A stretch of DNA of 64,000 nucleotides from Antedon mediterranea (taxonomy: Eukaryota > Animalia > Echinodermata), in contig NC_092676.1 in assembly GCF_964355755.1 (NCBI RefSeq), forward strand, positions 1,369,788-1,433,787, read 5' to 3'. The position numbers and the translations under genes are program-made. This document shows, piece by piece, positions 32,121 through 43,835 of the stretch (positions are counted from its first letter, which is position 1; each line of letters starts with the position of its first letter). The notes below the pieces were generated by a model. That model worked only from the letters and a program-made list of their open reading frames with translations. It was not told where the DNA came from and made no database searches.

Positions 32121-33742
32121 TATTCTCGTTCCAACACTTCATAATGAACATAAGCTGGAATTTTAGTTCCTTTTTTGCCCGATTCCTTCTGATCTAACTT
32201 AGCATTATTTATATTGATGTCATTAAGAGATTCATATGCTTCATTTTCATGGTATACAATGATATCATTTGTTCCATCTTCATTGCTATTCTCTGATGCA
32301 CCCTTCTTCTTAATTTCCATTTTTTGCTTCTTTGCAACATTACCATCATCATTAATCTGTTTCCCATTCATGTCAGCTGATTGATAAATCTGATTTTCCT
32401 CCATAACACTCTCTTTACTATTTTCCAGTATCTCTTGATTTTCACCGTTCTTTTGCTTATTTGCATCATTTTGTTTCCCATTCATGTCAGCTGATTCATA
32501 AATCCAGTTTTCTTCCATGACACTCTCCTTACTATTTTCTAGTATCTCTTGATTTTTTCCTTTTGTTGTAGAATTTACTTTAAAGTCAACCTCAACGTAT
32601 TCGTGATCATCTTGTGGTGCTGATTTGAATGAAGGATTTTGTTTATATTGAGAGCATCTTCTTACAAAATAAATGATGAAAATAATCAGAAGTAGAATGA
32701 TGACAAAGGCTACTGACATGATGGCTATTGGATGTATTGGAAAATCTGGATTTTCAGTTGAATTTATTTGTTCATTTGTTGCAAATTCTGTGGAAGTTGT
32801 AGGCATGATACTGGTTTGATTTACTGGTAACTCTGTAATTGTACCTTTGTCAATGTACTCTGTAGTAGAGAAAGATGTTTCAACTTTAGTCGATTGGTCT
32901 GGATTTTCTGTTGTGGATACGGTTTCTTTGGTTGTAATTGGTGAGGTTTGAAACATTGTAGTTGGTGGTGTATTTCTTATAGAAGATGTTTCAGAGTTTG
33001 AAGTGGTTTCAGTAAAAGATACACTAGTTGTGCTTCTTGGGAAAGACCGGTCCATTTTTGTTCCACCTGTTGATGTTGCAAAAGACATCTCATTTATAGA
33101 ACATAATTTTGATACGCTTATCATTCCAGATACATTAACAGCACATGTGATACCATGTGGTACAATGTCAGCTGGGTTGTATGTGTAAGTTAATGTACAT
33201 ACATTAGATGATAAGCAGTTTATTGTGTTTAGATTCATTCCATTACTTCGCCATATCAGTGATTCCATTTCTGAAGGAATGTTGTAGGAACATGATGCGA
33301 TAGAAGTGGTATCATTAATGTGTAAACTTGTGCATTTTGGTAATGACTGATAAATGTTCAAAGTAACTGTACTTAATATGCTATAATCACCACTCATAGG
33401 TGTTAACCTGCATTCATAGGTTTCTTCTAAAAATTCCCAGACATCAATGTTATCAGGAACCTTGATAAAAAGACTATAGTCTGCATCTTCACCACCAGGA
33501 ATTGCAAAATAAGGTGCCTGTAAGCCAAGTGAGCTTTCATCTATCATCTTGTCAGCACTGATGTAAACTTCACGGGTAAACCACCTTACAACATTTGCAT
33601 CATTCATGTTACCATTAGTACAAGGTAGAGATACATTCTGTCCAGATGTGGCTGTAATGGTTATCGTTTCTCCAAGCACAAACAAATTTGTATCCATCAA
33701 GTTCACAAAAAGAACCATACACAAGAAACTTGTTTTTCTCAT
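32120..33742 (-). CDS. Ig-family receptor, class B, long stalk; tail ends VHYEVL
   Basis: ORF track starts at GTG 33763; first ATG is 33742 (MRKTSFLCMVLFVNL); both extracellular domains, TM and duplicated IY.SAD block present. Confidence 0.9.
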   Translation of the reverse strand: MRKTSFLCMVLFVNLMDTNLFVLGETITITATSGQNVSLPCTNGNMNDANVVRWFTREVYISADKMIDESSLGLQAPYFAIPGGEDADYSLFIKVPDNIDVWEFLEETYECRLTPMSGDYSILSTVTLNIYQSLPKCTSLHINDTTSIASCSYNIPSEMESLIWRSNGMNLNTINCLSSNVCTLTYTYNPADIVPHGITCAVNVSGMISVSKLCSINEMSFATSTGGTKMDRSFPRSTTSVSFTETTSNSETSSIRNTPPTTMFQTSPITTKETVSTTENPDQSTKVETSFSTTEYIDKGTITELPVNQTSIMPTTSTEFATNEQINSTENPDFPIHPIAIMSVAFVIILLLIIFIIYFVRRCSQYKQNPSFKSAPQDDHEYVEVDFKVNSTTKGKNQEILENSKESVMEENWIYESADMNGKQNDANKQKNGENQEILENSKESVMEENQIYQSADMNGKQINDDGNVAKKQKMEIKKKGASENSNEDGTNDIIVYHENEAYESLNDININNAKLDQKESGKKGTKIPAYVHYEVLERE

Positions 33743-34705
33743 TTTCAAAGATTGCCAGTTCACTTAAAATAAAAAATATTTGTCTTCTCTTTCTGTTGTC
33801 CTAGACTTCTCTATCTCTTCGTAGATTATTCTTGGCCACTGTTCCTGCATAGTCAATCCTGTAGAAGAAAATGGTTAAGATTTGTTAGCAAGCATTCTTC
33901 AGCAAATTTGACTCCTACTTCACTGAAAATATTTTTAACTTGTCCATACACAGCATATCTCTCACACATGAATTGTTTATTTAATAATTATATTATTATG
34001 CCTGTCAATTTAACCTTTTAAAAAACAAGAGGATGCTTGATAATTTTAAATGCTGTATAGTAAAACAAATTGTATATGGTGCACTTAAGTAATATAGTAG
34101 ACAAATTATTTTTCTCAAGAGAAATATTTCAGGACTGCAAATAATGTTTGAGGTGACTTCCTTTCTGTTTAATCTATTCAACAGGCAGTTAAGTTACTGT
34201 TTGTATGCTTACTAGTAAAATAAATGATATGATTATGTAATGTCAGCAAAACTGAAAATGTAAGAATAAAAAGATATGGTCACATTCAAAGTACAGTGAA
34301 CAGCACACACAGTCATAATTTACATTGTAAAAGTTTTGTACAGGAACCTATTTCAAGTTTGGTCTTTGCTAATTATTTACTTATGTTATTTCTCTATGTT
34401 TATTCACTTTGAAATATTCAAATTTACTTCCTTGTACAGTTTTACCTTAGAGTTGAAGGTGCAGAAAATGAGCATCCTCATTCTAATACCCCCAAATCAT
34501 TGTTAGATATGATTTAAAAATTTAAAAAACAAATTAATATTTGAAAAAGGTATGTGGTCTTTTATAACTTTACTATGGGAAACTAGAACACTTTTTTTTG
34601 CAGAATTCTAATGCCCCAAAAGACAGAATACATTGGTATCTCTCAGGAAAAGTTTAAATTTCAGAGAAAAGAAGAAAAATAAACAATGATACAGTACAAG
34701 TCTAA

Positions 34706-35521
34706 GGCCCTGTTTCTGCTGCCAACTAAATACCGTATATTATACGGTATTTTTTGAATACCGTATATATACGGTATATTTTTGGCAGCAGAAACTGCGC
34801 TCATAAAAAATATACCGTATTTTGTATACCGTATTTTCCCCACAAAATTTGTGGATAAAATACGGTATTTACAAATTTATACCGTATTTTTTGTACCCGT
34901 TTCTGCTGCCAATAAAAAATACCGTATTTTTTTTTTACATGACAAAAGGTCAACATTCGTATTTTTATTTTCTGTCGCTGTCAGATGCTTTACACACGTG
35001 TATAGATATATTCGGCGAAAATGTGGAGCGAAGACGTCACAGTTTTACTAAATAAATGTGTGTGGGGAAGCTAAAATGTCTGGCCAACTAATAAAAGGGA
35101 CAACCACATTTATAAAGACATTTCTAAAAAAATAAAGCAGGAGTATGGAATAGACTTGTCTCCAAAGCAAGTAAACTCAAAGCTGAAGAGCCTGCGAAAG
35201 CAATACAACATTGCAAAATACAATAACTCGGGGAGGGAACGAATTAATTGTCCCCATTACGATGTTTTCTGTGCTCTCACAACATCTCTATCACTAGGGC
35301 TAGGCTGTTGAAAGTGAGACGTAAAACTTCCTTTATTGCGACTTTTAATTATCGACCAAATAAATGAATGGCAATTTGGGTAAAAAAGATGGAATTTAAC
35401 ACGACCACCCAAGAAGTATTGTTAGCAGAAACGGGGTACTAAAAAATACGGTATAAAAAATACCGTATTTTATACCGTATTTTTATACCGTATTTTGAGC
35501 AGTTGCAGCAGAAACAGGCCC
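34706..35521 (+). mobile_element. Non-autonomous PIF/Harbinger element with a Myb/SANT-like coding remnant
   Basis: TIRs GGCCCTGTTTCTGCTGC / GCAGCAGAAACAGGCCC; TAA TSD; many subterminal ATACCGTAT repeats; 35102-35270 translates IYKDISKKIKQEYGIDLSPKQVNSKLKSLRKQY...CPHYD. Confidence 0.88.
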
Positions 35522-35574
35522 TAAGGAAGATCTCAGAAAGGTCACTAGTGAAGTTTGACATGATGTTTATGTAA

Positions 35575-35875
35575 GGGCGTGTGGCGCTGTGTGTTGGACG
35601 TTCAACTACTGATCTTGAGATCGAGTTTTGAATCCAACTCTCATCGCATTTCTTGTATCCTTAAGCAGGTACTTTTCTTACGTTTGCCGCTCCACCCAGG
35701 TGTATAAATGGGAACCCGGTTAGATCAAGACACAACTTTGCGCTGATTACTAGCTGCATTATGGGAGTATGTTTCAATATGTGTTTGATAAAAAAAAAAT
35801 GGGGTAATAATGTTCAGTACTTATATGTTTCACAACATTAGGCGCTATATATATCCAGGATATTATTATTATTAT
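35575..35875 (+). mobile_element. tRNA-derived SINE
   Basis: Degenerate A/B boxes (gtggcgctgtg, gttttgaatcc); central ccacccaggtgtataaatggg; (ATT)n tail; partial second copy at 2404. Confidence 0.75.
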
Positions 35876-36244
35876 TGTTAAAAAAATTGTAGAAAACACA
35901 TACCTAATATTTGTGTTATTACATTATGAATACAATTTTAATAGAAAATTGACAAAAAGTATAATGTATCACTTACCTCCATTAGGATAGCAACAAACTA
36001 CAGTACATACTAAGTTCACTTCCTTATTGCCTAGTGTCACTGTCACTTAGTTCACTGTTAATAATAAATAGTGTTTTGTTATGTTGTATACCCCATGACG
36101 TTCTTTGTACATTCACACAATATACATTATTTGATTCTAAAGGTCCATTTATGACCAATGATGCATACAAATGATGAATACAAACAAAGACATCCTGTAA
36201 TTAAACATTAAAATGAAAGTAAAATGTAAAAATAAACAGATTTC

Positions 36245-36618
36245 ATATCTTATTTTTATTTTATTTTTATTTATTTATTCGACTTCTCACTAATTCAGTT
36301 AGTGAAGGATCTGGACCAACAGGTGGTAAACACTTCTAAAACGGCCCAGTCCGAATTTGCACAGTGGCTGTGTGTGACAGTGGCTGTGTTTGTGTGGACT
36401 AGTACACCGGGGTAACCCCCCCTACTCGTCTCGAAAGATGTACTAGGTTCTTTAAAGTGCGCATGAGCTATGTGTACACTGGACCTACGGTTTATAGTCC
36501 TTATCCGAGAAGACTCGTTCTACCACCAGAACCATGGAGCGAGTGAGCCTCGAACCCTTGCCGATGTTATGGCTACTTAATTACGGTTCCACTGTCTTAA
36601 CCGCTCGGCCACTCACTC
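36245..36618 (-). mobile_element. tRNA-derived SINE (second family)
   Basis: Minus strand begins gtggccgagcggttaagac (A box) ... gggttcgaggc (B box); A-rich (AAATA)n tail. Confidence 0.8.
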
Positions 36619-37691
36619 ACTATCTTATCTTTAACATTATTTTAAACACAAACCGTTTGTTTTATTTTGTTAATAGTATATATTTATATAGATTTATACT
36701 TAAGCATATGATTATCGATATTGATAATAAAATAAAAGTTTTGAAAGTAAGGTACTACCTGTACTGTTAAACAATAGACAAAAGTTTAAAATCTCAGTTT
36801 TCAATGTCTAAGTCAGAAATTAATATTAGTAGTAGACAGATACATTTAAAGTAACCGTTAAATATTTTCCCTCCATGTTTGGCTTATTTTAAGAGGATTG
36901 CCAAGTACAAGATTGATTCATAATATTGAAAGAATAAATTTATAGTGAATAGTTACTATTTTGTTATATATTCATATTCTTTAAAAACTTAGTCATTAAT
37001 CATCAAGGACTGAAACAGAACACAGCATATGAGGAATTGTAGGAACATAAAGTAGATTATTGCATTTGACCCTGATGCGGAAATTTTTTGATATCACCCT
37101 ATACTTACATCATACGTCTGTAGAAAAATAGAAAAAGTTTCAATTTTATACAAGATTTGTTTAGTGACAGAAAGACTAAAACAAAACATAGCATATATTA
37201 CAGTTATTCAATATGATCTGGTAATAAGGAAATTTGACATAGCGCCCTCTATTTGTAAGCAACTATGAAATCTTTTAAAGAAAGTTAAAGCATAAAATAA
37301 GAACAGAGCATTTTTACAATACATAAAATATCCAAGTTTTATAGAATAAATTATTTTGCTTTGAAATTACATTATTTCAGTTTTCACATTACCTGTGTAA
37401 TCATGTTTTCAATGATTGAACCTTAAATGAAATGTTCAAATTATGTCATGTGACAATCCTTCCATACATCCGATCACGTAGCAAACATCCGTCACAATTT
37501 GCATGTTTTGTTTTTTTTTTCACACAAATTCAATTCATATCCGTAAAGAATTGACGAAAACTGGAAGTGAGCAACATTGTTGTTTTCCCCTTTATAATGC
37601 AACTTTATTTTCAAATTGAAATTCTAAAGCAAAACTAGTTTGACAAACAAAAATTGTAATGTGCCCAAATATGGTTGTGATATGCCCAAAT

Positions 37692-37830
37692 ATTTATTTT
37701 TATTTATTTTATTTTATTCAATTTTCAGGCACAAAAATACATGGCAAGACAGCGGTGCAGCACCCTGAGGATTGCCATGAGTGCCAAGATGGCTCTCCAT
37801 ATACTGCACTTGAACATATAAGTAAACAAT
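37692..37830 (-). mobile_element. 3' fragment of the SINE at 43530-43835, inserted within a Harbinger MITE copy (~37634-38012)
   Basis: Reverse complement of gcactcatggcaatcctcagggtgctgcaccgctg...cctgaaaatt plus A-rich tail. Confidence 0.75.
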
Positions 37831-38260
37831 AAAAATACAAAGATATAACAATTGAAAAATTGCGAGGCATCAAATTGAACAATCGTTAAAATTGAATCTA
37901 AAAATAAATTGAACAATCGTTAAAATTGAATCTAAAAAATATAATATGGTAGTGATATGACATCATCATATCCATATATGAGCACATCACATTTTGTTGT
38001 CACATAAAGTTTAGACCTTTGCTTGGAGTGTTTGATTCAACATTAAGTCTAGCTTGTTTTTCATTTCCATCCACCTAATTTCCTCTACTACTACTTGCTT
38101 TTTTAAAGGCTCATGAACTTAACTATTATGCTGATACCAATAAAGTTTTATTCAGAAACTTCAGGCAGAAGAATATACTAAAAATGTAAGCACCACACTG
38201 TTGTATGTTAAGATGTGCAGTAATTGGGTTTTACTGTTTAAAGTCATTTCTTTCCATTTT

Positions 38261-38644
38261 TATAGAGTATCACGGTGTGACGTCACAACGATAGAGGGCG
38301 CTGCACGATTGCTAACCAACCAAAAAATGCGTTCAGCGCTACTATGTTGATAAACAGTAAAGATCTGTATTTCTATCAAATTATGTACCATAGCTTGATT
38401 TTTTTTAACTTAAACTGTAGTTGAAGAATAAGTATATTATTAAAAACAAATATTTAGTGATCTTAGGAAATTTTAGTTTGTTTTTATTGAAAATTATTAA
38501 GTTTTAAAATGACTACTTCAATAAGCCTATTCCAAACCATTGGTGACCTTGGAGTCACTCAGGCAGGCTGAACGCATTTTTGGTTGCGCTAGCAACCATG
38601 CAGCACCACTTACCGTCGTGACGTCAGCACAGTGATACTCTATA
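38261..38644. mobile_element. Palindromic MITE-like element
   Basis: ~75-bp imperfect TIRs TATAGAGTATCAC.GTG.TGACGTCAC...ATGCGTTCAGC / GCTGAACGCAT...GTGACGTCA...GTGATACTCTATA. Confidence 0.75.
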
Positions 38645-40976
38645 GGAAAATTTTTAATAATTTTAACTTTGAAATTTTCAACGTGTTAAAGAAGAAATGA
38701 TTTACCTCACCTCAATTTCATTTGATACAAATCAGAGTTTCCATCGCCATGTGTTTAAACATATTTTGCTATTCATTAAATACATTTGCCATCTTCTCTT
38801 GTACTGGTTTGATTTCATGTTGTTCATGAATATTCATGATTTACTTTATATGACACCACTAAAAGCTGATTTAAAAATCTCAAATAAACACGACGACTTT
38901 ACACAAACACAAGCATACCGAGATGTATAGTTTCACTGTATATTATTTATTTGTAATATTTACAAAATATAATTTATTTAAATTAAATATCATATACATG
39001 TTTTATATACATTCAAGATACAGTTATAGTCATTATTATGTACCAAATAACATTCTTTATGTTAACTATTTAATGTAACATTAATTTAAAAGTAGCCTTA
39101 ATGTTATAACATTCTTTATGTTAACTATTTAATGTACCATTAACTTAAAAGTAGCCTTAATGTTTCAATGTAACTTAATTCAAATCTTTCTATTTCTCTC
39201 AAAATATGCAAGGCAAGTTTCCATGTAGTACTCTGTCGGACACACAACCGCAGAACACTATAAATCTGTAGACATGGTAACTTAAATCATGATACACAGC
39301 TAACTAATTAATCAACAGTAGTCAGAGAAATATTTTGAACAAAAATGTTTAAAATAGACTTGTTTTAGCATGTTTACTAAATATAAATACATTATGTTAT
39401 TGATTAGCAAATAATCAGACTTTAATGTCCAAACTGTGTATTATTATTAATATTATTTAAAGTTGTTTTACCACATTTTTGTTATTTTTTTATTCAGTTT
39501 AATATTATTATCCACCGTTTAGTATATAAATCCTGTTTCACACAATAAAAAATGTTTTCCTACATCTCCACATTATATTCATTTTTTTACCACTGTTTTA
39601 TCACAATTTTACTGGTTAAATTTCATATTTTGGTAACTTTTTGTTTACCAGCCTGACGATTTGTTTTTCTCATAAAATCAATTCACAAAGGACGTGACAC
39701 ACAGATCATCTGAGTTTTCCATTCTCGGCTGCCGACATCACTCATACCTCAACAACACAACTTAGAATAGAAGGATGCTCTCATAAGATGTCTGATTTCA
39801 GAACCAACACACATGTTTTTATAAAAAAGATCACATTTAACTTTGGAAAAACGGAAGTATTCTTAAACACTGTCTAAACTATCAAACTAGTTTGACAAAC
39901 AAAAGTGTGATGTACCCAAATATTGTAGGGATATTCTCAAATATGGTATTGATATGACATCACCATGTCCATATATGGGCACATCACATTGTTTTGTCAA
40001 TTAAAGTTTGATAGTGTAGATAGAGCTTTAAATATCTCAGTACACCATGAAATGTACTTTAATGTATTTCAGGGATTCGAAACGATAATGTATTACCATT
40101 ATTACACTCACACACATTTATTCAGTACAGTATTTAAATATTAACCAATCAAATTAGAGAAAGTCAGGATGTTTAAATTACTTTCTATTATCATTGGATT
40201 GAAAACCTTTTTTGTATTCTTATTTACTTCACTTTTCTACTCATTTTATAACAATATGAATGTTATGCCTTTTTTATGTTTTCTACTATTTTTACCTTCT
40301 TATTGTACAGTAAGTGTTTTGTATTTGTTATCTTGTTTTGCCCTGCATATGCTTGGTCTTCCAAGCTGTAACCTGAGATGTTTGTTACATTCTTATGTTT
40401 TTAAAATAAAGGATGATTTTTACAATTTCTCTAATCCATTCATTTTTTCACTGTAAAGATTCTCGTTTCCGTGACCACCTCATTCTTTTCTCATATCATA
40501 ACGCCTTTCATTAAACCTCTTAATGATTTGTTTACGTTTCTTCTACTTCCTATTACCATACAGCGAGTCACTCATTGTTACAGTAGGTTATATAACATTA
40601 AAACACATTATAAACACATTTCCTCAGAAATGATTAACTCATAAATATTTAAATGAAATCTGTTATGTAACAACTGATAAGTATTGTAAGGTATTTCCTT
40701 ATACAAATTATTTAATTATTAGTTATAAAGGATTATTTGATATTAAAAACAAAAATGATGTTATATTTTGTTATATTCCTTGTTTAGTTTGTTATTTTTT
40801 ATGATTATTGTATATTATTGTAGGTATTGACTGTTCCAGAGTTCTTTGTCATCAAAATATATCATCATCAAAGTTCTCTGCTCGCACAAAAATCAGGGTC
40901 ACATTTTGTTAATGAAGTAAAAAATGTTTTAATTGCCAGATATTGGTAATTAAACATTTCCTACATGATGCATTGT

Positions 40977-42272
40977 TCAAACCGGATTAGATGGTGTACT
41001 GTCAGTCACTTGGAATTCTGTTTCAATGGGCAATTTAACTCCGGTCTTTGTCTTGAAACAAATGCAGTGACACGCAATTAAATATATCATAAACTGAAAA
41101 ATTATTATTGCAGATAATGCTATGAAAAGTGTACCACCTTCAGAAGTTTTTAAATTAGAAATTGGAACATCTGGTAAAGAATATAATGTGTTTTCTGTAA
41201 ATAAAGTCCTGTTTGTAGTATTTAGTATTGTGTTAGTTACTGTCTGAATTTCTGTAGTGCTCAATTGTTCCACTATTTTAAGTGTTTTTACTTTTTGAAT
41301 TGTAAGGCGTGTTGTTGCCATTGATATACCTGCTTTTGTTCTCATATAACATGAAATAAGTTTGTTATCATCACTTTCAGATATTTCAGATATCGTAATC
41401 ATTCTGTTATCATCAAAATATGAAATTCTATTTGTGCTGATACTCGTCTGTACTTGCCATGTATACTCTAAGATAGGCAGGTGTGATTCTCCTTTGCATA
41501 GATATGTGGCATCCCCTCCAATGCTTACAGATGGCTGCACAGATTCAATATAAGGTTCTTTGACAACATTTATATATCCCAGTAAACATGAAACTTCATA
41601 ATTTGGAAAATGTGTTGACCTGGCGCGACAGCGAAATATAAATCCTTCCAGTTTGCGTGTGACGTTGACAAACAAGTAAACAAACGAAGGCTTGTACGAA
41701 TAATCCAAATAAACTCCATCTTGATATACTTTACCGAGGTGATCCACAAGGTCAAGATGTATAGGAGGTGTACCGACCTGGGAGAAGCATAACGGAACTA
41801 TCTCATTTTCTCGTATTCCACTTTCGCTTTCTCCTCGAATGCACTCTGGGTATTTGTCCGCTTTTGGGAGGTACGCCACTTGTACAAAAGACGTACGTGA
41901 TTTTAACATAAGCATCCGATCTAGTGTTCTGTATACATGACACGTGTAATTCCCAGCATCGGCCCGCTGTGCATTTTGAATTCTAAGATTATACTGTCCT
42001 TTAGATAAGTCTCCAAAAATAACAAATCGCTTCTTATCTTTAATTGCCGTAATATTACGTCCAGTTGTTATCATCTGATCTCCTTTATACCATTCCACTG
42101 TATATTTGTTGTTAAGATGTGAGACACGACATGATAGTTTAATCTTTCTGTTCTCTGCAACTATTTTATCCTGCGGCTGATTTAATATTTCTAAATTTAA
42201 AGCATCCACTAATGTTGTTACAGATGCCATCAGTGTGAGTACAATCCAAGTATAAATAATCCTACGATACAT
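40977..42272 (-). CDS. Uninterrupted three-Ig-domain cell-adhesion-molecule-like type-I membrane protein
   Basis: 431-aa ORF; signal peptide; canonical C...W...YNLRI...DAGNYTC first domain; two further Cys-paired domains; T-rich stalk; TM LFIALSAIIIFQFMIYLIA; short tail without tyrosine. Confidence 0.88.
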   Translation of the reverse strand: MYRRIIYTWIVLTLMASVTTLVDALNLEILNQPQDKIVAENRKIKLSCRVSHLNNKYTVEWYKGDQMITTGRNITAIKDKKRFVIFGDLSKGQYNLRIQNAQRADAGNYTCHVYRTLDRMLMLKSRTSFVQVAYLPKADKYPECIRGESESGIRENEIVPLCFSQVGTPPIHLDLVDHLGKVYQDGVYLDYSYKPSFVYLFVNVTRKLEGFIFRCRARSTHFPNYEVSCLLGYINVVKEPYIESVQPSVSIGGDATYLCKGESHLPILEYTWQVQTSISTNRISYFDDNRMITISEISESDDNKLISCYMRTKAGISMATTRLTIQKVKTLKIVEQLSTTEIQTVTNTILNTTNRTLFTENTLYSLPDVPISNLKTSEGGTLFIALSAIIIFQFMIYLIACHCICFKTKTGVKLPIETEFQVTDSTPSNPV

Positions 42273-43529
42273 TGCGTTCTTTCACTTCACAGACCCAGGA
42301 GAATTCCGAACACAAACGTTAAAGTTGGTCCGCCGCTGCAAGTTCTCGTATGTGCGTTTGCATCGGCAGTTATTCTCGAAATGAAGTATGAGTCAGACGT
42401 TGTTTGAATGCTCTCAAGCCTGAGCTAAAGCCATGTAGTTGTTCCCCTTGAGGTCAGACGTATTTCCTCTAGGTTTTTCTACGTTGACAGATGACAGTAG
42501 ATTCAACGCCTATTAAACCAAGGTTTCAACCAACCACAGCCAAAAAAACCACTGTCACTCTCTTGTTTTTCAGCTTTACCTACGATGACACAGTTCGCAA
42601 GCAACAGGAAACAATCTCACTTTCCTAATTTTATATTCCTTTTATGTAATTGAAGGTATTTCTCTGGCAAATTGTTCAAAGTATTCAAACTTTAAAGGCC
42701 ATTTTAGTTCATGAACTTTTAGGAATCGCTATTGAAATGTCCAAATTTCATTTATCTTATGAGTGTTTTCGGTCGGAACATAGCAATTGCACTTTTAGAC
42801 CATGTTTCATTTCACATGTGCTATTCTTTGCTATTAATCAATTAAAGTGTGGTTTAAAACATGCCAAAAGAGAAGTACTGTAATAGTTGACAATATCCTT
42901 CTCATTATTTTAATCTACATAAACCTGACAATTCTAAATGTCACTCACTCAAAGTTCACTTATCCTTTAGAAAGCTCTGTCTATCAAACTTTATGTTATA
43001 TGCCCATATATGGAAATGATGATGTCATATCACTACCATATTTAGGCATATCATTTGGCACATCACTACCATATAAAGTATGAAAGGTACAATGTCAAAC
43101 ATTTCATACTGAGTGCAGAATATACATGTTTTTATTGTTCTAAAGATTGAGTCCGTTTCTGTTTTTTGGTTTATAAAAAATAACTTTTTTTAGCCAAAAA
43201 TTGCTCCATGGAAACAGTTTCAGAGACCCAATTCATTTTTTTGATTGATTTAGTAGTGTTAAACATAATTTGATGTATTTTTTATGGGTCTCCCCTATTT
43301 TAAAATCCCCGGAACTTCCACTTCAAAATATATAAAATCAGATATTTTAGTATGAATCAGCCTTGTCATACAATTGTAAGATGTTATGAAATCATAACCA
43401 AAAGATCTCCACTCATAAACTTTATTTGAAAAAAAAAATTGTACTGACATGTTATGAAATCACAACCAAATGATATCCACTGTTAAACTTTATATGCAAA
43501 AAAAAAATTGTACTACATGTTATATGTGG

Positions 43530-43835
43530 AGTGGAGCTGTGGCTTGGTGGTTATGATGCTTGGCTACCAATCTAAGGGTCCTGGGTTCAAGTCCTGTCAT
43601 ATGTCAGGGTTTTTTTCTCATGACAATTTACAACTCCACTCCCAAAGACTTAATAATAAGTCTTTGTCTATGTAGAGCATCTTGTGTATATGTTTGTCTT
43701 ATATGTTCTAGTGCAGTATATGGAGAGCCATCTCGATAGTGCTTTGCACTCATGGCAATCCTCAGGGTGCTGCACCGCTGTGTTGTCATGTATGTTTGCC
43801 TGAAAATTAAATAAAATAAAATAAAATAAATAAAT
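43530..43835 (+). mobile_element. tRNA-derived SINE (third family)
   Basis: A box gtggcttggtgg, B box gggttcaagtcc, (TAAAA)n tail, partial copy at ~37692-37830. Confidence 0.8.

Noticed and set aside
7563-33188. Recurrent plus-strand ORFs of 60-126 aa overlapping the receptor genes
   Set aside because: Antisense shadows of S/T-rich stalks and tails; they recur only because the genes are paralogous
35575-43620. tRNA genes suggested by A/B boxes at 35575, 36600 and 43535
   Set aside because: No convincing cloverleaf; each continues into a body and simple-repeat tail, two with partial copies elsewhere in the window, consistent with SINEs
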